A DNA stretch of 50,102 bases from Pseudomonadota bacterium. Its GTDB lineage: Bacteria > Pseudomonadota > Alphaproteobacteria > MPNO01 > UBA2964. The notes under the pieces are model-generated. The model was not told the DNA's origin, did no database searches, and was given only the letters and a program-made list of their open reading frames with translations. Location: positions 1 to 50,102 of the forward strand of contig JAQBTY010000001.1 in assembly GCA_027624735.1 (NCBI GenBank). Reading direction: 5' to 3'. Position numbers and translations under genes: made by a program. Positions 45,177 to 50,102 of the stretch are shown here, one piece after another. Numbering within the stretch: position 1 is the first letter of the stretch; each line of letters starts with the position of its first letter.

Positions 45177-45725
45177 TCACACCTGCCCGCGAAGAAGTTG
45201 TTTACGATAGTGCCGGCGCAGACGCTTTACCCTGGCCACATAGCGCGCGGTTGCCGGTATGACCCGGGCATTGGCCCAGGCGCCGACCGCGGACCCGCCA
45301 TTGTAATGGGACAGCGCCAGATCGACCCGGCCGCCATAACGGCGGATCAGACGTTTCAGAAAATGCAGCCCGAGGCGGATATTCAGTCTCGGTCGCCAAA
45401 GTAATTTCGGCTCTATCCCGTATTCGCCCCGCGCGGTCATTGGCATGATCTGCATGACGCCGCGGGCGCCTTTGGCGCTCCGCGCCTTGGGATTGAAGTT
45501 GGATTCCACGTGCGCCACGGCAAGCGCGAGGGAGATGGGAACCCGCAACCGCTCCGCTTCCTGGATCACCAGCCGCTTGACCTCATGGCGCGCAACGGGC
45601 CGGTTTTGATTGGCATCGGCGACCGTACCGCACCCGGCAACAAACAGCGCACAGACCAAGACAATTGTCACAGCCGACCCAATACCGCGTCGGCAGGCGG
45701 GCTGGGAATGCACCCTATAACGCAT
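45177..45725 (-). CDS. cluster gene 5: lytic transglycosylase (SLT domain) lipoprotein
   Basis: ATG at 45725 (MRYRVHSQ..) with AGGAGA upstream. Lipobox LFVAGC. SLT catalytic motif AVAHVESNFNP and GARGVMQIMP, then HYNGG. Confidence 0.85.
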   Translation of the reverse strand: MRYRVHSQPACRRGIGSAVTIVLVCALFVAGCGTVADANQNRPVARHEVKRLVIQEAERLRVPISLALAVAHVESNFNPKARSAKGARGVMQIMPMTARGEYGIEPKLLWRPRLNIRLGLHFLKRLIRRYGGRVDLALSHYNGGSAVGAWANARVIPATARYVARVKRLRRHYRKQLLRGQV

Positions 45726-46161
45726 TCTTCTTCTCCTGCAGGGCGCGACGCCAGTTGCCGTCAAGCGTGGTGATAACCAGCCGGCTTGCCGCGATCTTGC
45801 GCCGTGCTTCAATGGCCTGCGCCATGGACAGGTCCGGTGTAACGGCGAGCACTACCCGTTTGGTATCGTCAATGGTGGCCAGGTCGAATGGTTTGAGATC
45901 GCGGCCAAAAAAACGGCTGCCATCGAAGACCACCAGCACGTCTTTGTTGGTCAGCTTGTCGACCGAACCGGTGGCGCGCGCCGGACCGCTATCGGCGATG
46001 ACGGCCGAAATCATCGCCCGGTCCGGCCTTTGAGGTTGCGATTTGGCCGCCGGAACACTGACGCCCATGGACATGGCGGTCAGCACCATGACGCTGAAGA
46101 AACCCATCGCCATCGCCAGCGCGATCTCGGTCATCGCATTTTCTTGTGCACCGCCACTCAT
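45715..46161 (-). CDS. cluster gene 4: ExbD/TolR-like bitopic protein (Glu in TM helix)
   Basis: GGAGGGA Shine-Dalgarno 4 nt upstream. TM helix MTEIALAMAMGFFSVMVLTAM carries an acidic residue near the cytoplasmic end. The periplasmic part VLVVFDGSRFFG...KRVVLAVTPDLSMAQAIEARRKIAASRLVITTL parallels ExbD VYLSVKADNSMFIG...TTIFFRGDKTVDYETLMKVMDTL..AGYLKIGLV. Confidence 0.6.
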   Translation of the reverse strand: MSGGAQENAMTEIALAMAMGFFSVMVLTAMSMGVSVPAAKSQPQRPDRAMISAVIADSGPARATGSVDKLTNKDVLVVFDGSRFFGRDLKPFDLATIDDTKRVVLAVTPDLSMAQAIEARRKIAASRLVITTLDGNWRRALQEKKNAL

Positions 46162-46229
46162 CGTTCCCTCCGCTCGCTGTTCAGGACGTCTTTCCCGGCA
46201 CCCTTGCGTACCCTCACCCCTGCCTATCC

Positions 46230-47066
46230 CTAAGGAAGGACCAGGGCGGTTTTACCTTCCTGGCGCAGGCTGGCGCGCAATTCATGGATCAGCCGGCGGG
46301 TCATGCGGCCCGTCGCGACCTGTCCGAAATCATGCTGATAGGTGCGGATCGCGCGGCGCAGACTTGGGCGCATCAGCCCATCTTGCGGGCCGGGATCATA
46401 GTCAAGGCGCGCCAGCAATTGCTGCGCCAGCAACACCGGGCGCCGGGCGCCGGCGGCCAATTGCGCCGGCGGTCCTTGGCGCCCTTTCCCGGTTACAGCA
46501 ACGCCTGGCTCAGTCAGCCAGATCTGGCGCGGCCGGGTCGCGGCAAAGACAATGCCGTCTTCGACGCTCACCGCCTTGTAGGAAATGGAAACCGCCTGAC
46601 CGTCTTTGCGCAGCGCCCCGACGATCAGGATGTCGACCTTGGCATTGCGCAGCAGATCGACGACCCGACTGTTGGCGGGTGATTCAAGCTCTTCAATGGT
46701 ATCGAGCTCACGGATAATTTCGCGCAGCGTCTCGCGGGCAACGAACCGGTAGGTTCCGCTGCCACGGCGCGTCAGCTCGGCCAGCAGCCGTGTATTGAAT
46801 TCGCTCGCCACCGACGGCGGTATGGTCTTTTCGGTATCCTTGAACGGCGCTACCGCGATACGCGGCTTGCCGTAGCCGCCGATCGCCGGAATATCCGCGA
46901 CACTGGCCGAGCCGATACCGGCCAACAATTCTTCGGCAAAAGACGCAAACTGGCTTTGCGCGGTACCTTGCGCGAAGGCCGGTCCCATAAGACCAATCGA
47001 CAAGGCGGCGGCGGTAAAGCCAGCCCATCGCGACAGAGGTTGGAATATTTTATTGCATGCAATCAT
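46230..47066 (-). CDS. cluster gene 3: exported protein with FlgO/TolB-N-like module and C-terminal peptidoglycan-binding domain (PG_binding_1)
   Basis: ATG at 47066 gives signal peptide ..FTAAALSIGLMGPAFAQG. PRIAVAPFKDTEK...VDILIVGAL pattern. C-terminus LLARLDYDPGPQDGLMRPSLRRAIRTYQHDFGQVATG matches the PG_binding_1 consensus. Confidence 0.75.
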   Translation of the reverse strand: MIACNKIFQPLSRWAGFTAAALSIGLMGPAFAQGTAQSQFASFAEELLAGIGSASVADIPAIGGYGKPRIAVAPFKDTEKTIPPSVASEFNTRLLAELTRRGSGTYRFVARETLREIIRELDTIEELESPANSRVVDLLRNAKVDILIVGALRKDGQAVSISYKAVSVEDGIVFAATRPRQIWLTEPGVAVTGKGRQGPPAQLAAGARRPVLLAQQLLARLDYDPGPQDGLMRPSLRRAIRTYQHDFGQVATGRMTRRLIHELRASLRQEGKTALVLP

Positions 47067-47091
47067 GGTTCGGCCCCCATATTTTTTCGGT

Positions 47092-47910
47092 TTACCAATC
47101 CCGCGAGTCGGTGGCGGGTTGTGCCGTCGGATCTGCTTCAACGACGTAAGTATTTCCGGTTCGCGCGATGCGCGCCGTGAGCTGCAAATGATGCAGCATC
47201 TTCCTGAGCGAGAGCTCGGTCCCGTCTGCCGTACCATCCTGGCTGAGACGATAGAGAACCCCTTCACTGGCCGTGTAGTCGCGCCGGATCCGTGTCACAC
47301 CCGGGAAATTACGGAGATAGAGTTCGATCCGCGGCAACAGGGAGGGATCGATGCGCCGAAACGCCACGCTGATCTGGGTCGGGTCAGCCGTGGCAACGTG
47401 GCGATCGCGGCCAAGCCTTACCAGGCGCCGGTCCACATCCGCCGCGAGGCGCGCCACCAGCGGCGTAACCCGGCGTTGGATTTCCTGGTCGATACAGGAT
47501 TGCGGGCAGTGCGCCGCAAGGCGCCACGACGTACCCGGCCCAGTATCAAACCGCGCCAGAATGCGCTTGGTATCCCCGTCGATCAGAGTCGCTCGCAGCT
47601 CGATTGTGGCGTGAGACGTATAGGCGCCTTGAAGGATCCGGCGTTCGGTGGCTACCCGTAGAATTGTCGCACCGGGTGCGGATGTCCTCACGCCCCCATC
47701 GAGCACCGCATAGCCGCGCCGGCCGAGGGCCGCCATGATGAGACGACGCACCCTTCTGTCGGTTGCGGCGTTTTGCCCGTCGCCGGCCTCCTGGGTAACG
47801 ACCAGCTCTGTCTTGACTAATTGGTCCGCCTGGACGGCCGCAGGGGTGAGAAAGGGCACGGCAAGGGCCAGTAGTGCCCCAGCCGCGGCGACAGGCCTGA
47901 TCATCGCCAT
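47092..47910 (-). CDS. cluster gene 2: exported hypothetical protein
   Basis: ATG at 47910 (MAMIRPVAAAGALLALAVPFLTPAAVQA) with AAGGGGGG upstream. No recognised motif. Confidence 0.65.
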   Translation of the reverse strand: MAMIRPVAAAGALLALAVPFLTPAAVQADQLVKTELVVTQEAGDGQNAATDRRVRRLIMAALGRRGYAVLDGGVRTSAPGATILRVATERRILQGAYTSHATIELRATLIDGDTKRILARFDTGPGTSWRLAAHCPQSCIDQEIQRRVTPLVARLAADVDRRLVRLGRDRHVATADPTQISVAFRRIDPSLLPRIELYLRNFPGVTRIRRDYTASEGVLYRLSQDGTADGTELSLRKMLHHLQLTARIARTGNTYVVEADPTAQPATDSRDW

Positions 47911-47951
47911 GCCCCCCTTCCACTCCCACGGGTAACGTCGCAGTGCCATGC

Positions 47952-48635
47952 TCAACTTGCCTTGCGCCAGGTGCCGTCGCTGGCGCGGCAGGCGGTGCCG
48001 TGCAGCTCTTCCTCATACCCATCGATCCAGCCCCAGGACTTGAAGTCGCGGCAGTACTGCCCGTTTTCACGCTGATAGGTGCGAGTCGGGGTAACAGTGT
48101 AGTCCGCGCCCGTACCGGGGTTGGTCCAGGTCACCCGCTGGCCGGATTTCGCGGTCTCCAGCGCATTGTGCGTGTGAAGCCGGTCGGCCCGGTCCATCGA
48201 ATCGCCGATGCTGCCGCCGATGATGGCGCCGAGGACACCGCCCACAAGGATCGCGGGACCCCGGCCGCGGCCGCGGACGATCGCGTTACCGGTCAGCCCG
48301 CCGAGCACGGCGCCGATGACGCTGCCGGCGACGGCGTTGTTGCCACGGCGGTAGGTCGGCTGGGTCACGACGGTATTGCGATGAACGACCCGCGTGTGAT
48401 GGTGGTGGACGACCCGCGTGCGAACCGGACGGTGTATCCAGCGGCGGTCCCGGCGATAACGGGCACGGGATTCACGGGGCTGCACATAGACAACTTTCTT
48501 AACCACTTTCACGACCCTCGGGCCATCATGGCGCTGATGCCTCTTCCAGCCATCGGCATGGGCCGGCGCCGCGGCCAGCGTAACAAGAGAGATCCCGGCA
48601 AGGCCAAACAGGGTATTTCTGGTGTATGTCAACAT
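47952..48635 (-). CDS. cluster gene 1: glycine-zipper / 17-kDa surface antigen family outer-membrane protein
   Basis: Signal peptide LFGLAGISLVTLAAAPAHA. Glycine zipper AVAGSVIGAVLGGLTGNAIV..GGVLGAIIGGSIG. C-terminal surface-antigen pattern NALE..SGQ.V.W.NP.TG...V.P...Y...G.YCR.F......G.....GTACR..DGTW. Confidence 0.8.
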   Translation of the reverse strand: MLTYTRNTLFGLAGISLVTLAAAPAHADGWKRHQRHDGPRVVKVVKKVVYVQPRESRARYRRDRRWIHRPVRTRVVHHHHTRVVHRNTVVTQPTYRRGNNAVAGSVIGAVLGGLTGNAIVRGRGRGPAILVGGVLGAIIGGSIGDSMDRADRLHTHNALETAKSGQRVTWTNPGTGADYTVTPTRTYQRENGQYCRDFKSWGWIDGYEEELHGTACRASDGTWRKAS

Positions 48636-48694
48636 TGTCCAACTCCGTTGTAGGTTTGAAACAAGGCGACTATGACAAAATTCAACTGAGCCGA

Positions 48695-48763
48695 ACCTGA
48701 ACGGCCCGTTCAGGTGAGGTTCAGGAATCGTTCATCGCAGGTTCAGCCAGGATCAGGCATAAT
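48695..48763. promoter_or_regulatory. candidate response-regulator operator: four 11-bp-phased GTTCA(G/T) direct repeats, a 10-bp inverted repeat and a -10-like CATAAT
   Basis: GTTCAG at 48708, 48719 and 48741, and GTTCAT at 48730, with exact 11-bp spacing. ACCTGAACGG (48695..48704) pairs with CCGTTCAGGT (48706..48715). CATAAT at 48758..48763 lies 6 nt before the ATG at 48770. The region is the divergent intergenic gap between the cluster and the PepSY/OmpR operon. Confidence 0.45.
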
Positions 48764-48769
48764 GAGCCC

Positions 48770-49318
48770 ATGAAAATGCGTTCCAGACGGAGGTTGGCGA
48801 AACCCTTGTTGGCGGCACTGTGCATGCTGTGGTTTGGCGCGGCTGACCCCGCGCCCGTGGCTGCTTTTGGCGCCGAACCGGCTGCTGCCAAGGGTCGCTT
48901 CAAGCCGGCAATCGAGTTGGCCCAAAATGATATCTGGGTGCAGTTTTTCGAACAGAACCGCAGCCGCAGCCGCCGAAATCAACGCCGCAAAGGTGACCTC
49001 GTTCCCCTGCGGACCGATCCGGGCGAACAGCAGCCGCTTATGCCGGAATTTCGGCGACCGGACCGCAACCGCGACCAGAAACAACGCGAGGAACAGGACG
49101 CCGCCCGCGAGGCTGTACGCCGTGGAGACATCCTGCCGCTCGGCGGTATTATAGAGTCGGTGCAGAGCCAATGCCCCGGCAAGTTTCTCGGCGCCAAGCT
49201 GCAGCGCGGTGGGGACGGATTTTCGTACCGGGTGCGGATTTTGCGACCGTCGGGGCGGCGCGTCGGGCTGACGGTCGATGCGAAAACAGGGGCTGTGGTC
49301 GGCGATGGATGCAGATAA
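48770..49318 (+). CDS. PepSY domain-containing exported protein
   Basis: Signal-like N-terminus RRRLAKPLLAALCMLWFGAA. C-terminus AREAVRRGDILPLGGIIESVQSQCPGKFLGAKLQRGGDGFSYRVRILRPSGRRVGLTVDAKTGAVV matches the PepSY pattern. A PepSY gene upstream of an OmpR/HK pair is a common arrangement. Confidence 0.75.
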   Translation: MKMRSRRRLAKPLLAALCMLWFGAADPAPVAAFGAEPAAAKGRFKPAIELAQNDIWVQFFEQNRSRSRRNQRRKGDLVPLRTDPGEQQPLMPEFRRPDRNRDQKQREEQDAAREAVRRGDILPLGGIIESVQSQCPGKFLGAKLQRGGDGFSYRVRILRPSGRRVGLTVDAKTGAVVGDGCR

Positions 49319-49358
49319 TATTTCTCCATTGGTATGTTACCCACTAGATTGGTAGGCC

Positions 49359-50039
49359 ATGCGTATTCTGGTAGTGGAAGACGATCGCGATCTCAGCCGT
49401 CAGTTGGGCGCCGCCCTGACCGAAGCCAACTATGCGGTGGATTTCGCCTATGACGGCGAGGAAGGCCATTATCTCGGCGAGGGTGAGACTTATGATGCGA
49501 TCATCCTCGATCTCGGCCTGCCCACCATCGACGGCGTCACCGTGCTCAAGCGCTGGCGCGACGCCGGGCTCAACATGCCCGTCCTCATTCTGACGGCACG
49601 GGACGGCTGGTCGGAAAAAGTAGCGGGTTTTGATGCCGGCGCGGACGATTACGTCACCAAGCCCTTCCGCGTCGAAGAAGTGCTCGCCCGGCTGCGCGCC
49701 CTGATCCGCCGCGCCGCGGGCCATGCCTCGGCCGAGCTTGACTGTAACGGCGTCAGGCTCGACACACGGAATGGCCGGGTCAGTGTCGATGGCGCCCCGG
49801 TAAAGCTGACCGCCCACGAGTTCAAGGTGCTGTCTTACCTGATGCACCACCGCGACGAGGTGGTATCCCGCACGGAACTGACCGAACATATTTACGAACA
49901 GGATTTCGACAAAGATTCGAATACGATAGAGGTTTTTGTCGGCCGCCTCCGCAAGAAAATCCGCAGCGATCTGATCGAAACCGTGCGCGGGCTCGGCTAC
50001 CGGCTGGTCGATACGAGCAAGTCCGGTCCGGGTCGCTAG
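49359..50039 (+). CDS. OmpR/PhoB-family response regulator
   Basis: MRILVVEDD, phospho-acceptor context AIILDLGLP, and TKPF. C-terminal winged-helix (LTAHEFKVLSYLM...IEVFVGRLRKKI...TVRGLGYRL). Confidence 0.9.
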   Translation: MRILVVEDDRDLSRQLGAALTEANYAVDFAYDGEEGHYLGEGETYDAIILDLGLPTIDGVTVLKRWRDAGLNMPVLILTARDGWSEKVAGFDAGADDYVTKPFRVEEVLARLRALIRRAAGHASAELDCNGVRLDTRNGRVSVDGAPVKLTAHEFKVLSYLMHHRDEVVSRTELTEHIYEQDFDKDSNTIEVFVGRLRKKIRSDLIETVRGLGYRLVDTSKSGPGR

Positions 50040-50102
50040 TGTTGCGATTCCAACGCTTGTTTCCCACGGTTGACCTTTTCGATGATGGAACTGGCTGAAG
50101 CT

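Noticed and set aside
45726-45812. Longer N-terminus for the SLT lipoprotein (start at 45812)
   Set aside because: It would overlap the ExbD-like gene by about 100 nt and would add an Arg-rich leader before the lipoprotein signal. The ATG at 45725 has an AGGAGA Shine-Dalgarno.
36737-48635. Assigning the cluster to Zorya, Tol-Pal, TonB or Agl-Glt outright
   Set aside because: Hallmark partners are absent: ZorC/ZorD helicase-nuclease, TolB/Pal, TonB C-terminal domain and TBDT, and Glt outer-membrane barrels. The similarity is architectural only, so it is kept as an analogy within the finding.
50040-50102. Start of the cognate sensor histidine kinase after the response regulator
   Set aside because: It is expected from operon logic, but only about 60 nt remain. 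The GTG frame at 50039 hits a stop, and the ATG at about 50082 gives only 7 codons. This is too little to support a call.
1-50102. tRNA, rRNA, riboswitch or other structured RNA genes
   Set aside because: The intergenic spacers are short, mostly under 250 nt. None showed a cloverleaf-like arrangement or a conserved riboswitch core that I could recognise by eye.

Overview
This is a high-GC bacterial chromosomal window (roughly 60-65% by eye). It is probably alphaproteobacterial, an inference from codon style, the Sel1/PepSY/TRAP gene content and REP-like CCCTCCCCCG-N3-4-CGGGGGAGGG hairpins. I can support about 50 protein-coding genes. I saw no rRNA, tRNA, CRISPR array, transposase or integrase.

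Positions 1-36.7 kb are a mosaic of short catabolic and transport operons:
- alpha/beta hydrolases, an MFS transporter and a TRAP transporter
- FAD, LLM, SDR, VOC, TauD and TPP enzymes
- a split ComDE-like TPP decarboxylase
- a lone molybdopterin hydroxylase large subunit
- three cytosolic SBP-fold proteins
- two visibly lower-GC single-gene islands (a secreted ankyrin-repeat protein and a C-N hydrolase)

No transcription factor gene is visible in these 36 kb.

Positions 36.7-48.6 kb are the most interesting part. They hold an uninterrupted 15-gene minus-strand cluster in which only a minority of products carry recognisable motifs: a glycine-zipper surface antigen, a PG_binding_1 domain, an SLT lytic transglycosylase, an ExbD/TolR-like protein and a short MotA/ExbB-like channel. 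The remaining products are:
- a translationally coupled cytoplasmic/inner-membrane triad, including a membrane-anchored protein with a Lon(S16)-like N-terminal domain
- two TonB/TolA-architecture Pro-rich bitopic proteins
- lipoproteins and exported helical proteins

I propose this cluster as a candidate undescribed PMF-energised trans-envelope system. This rests on motif and architecture reading only.

The cluster is divergently flanked by a PepSY / OmpR-family response-regulator operon. The shared intergenic region carries four GTTCA(G/T) direct repeats phased at exactly 11 bp.

All functional calls come from motifs read in the supplied translations. No database search was possible.
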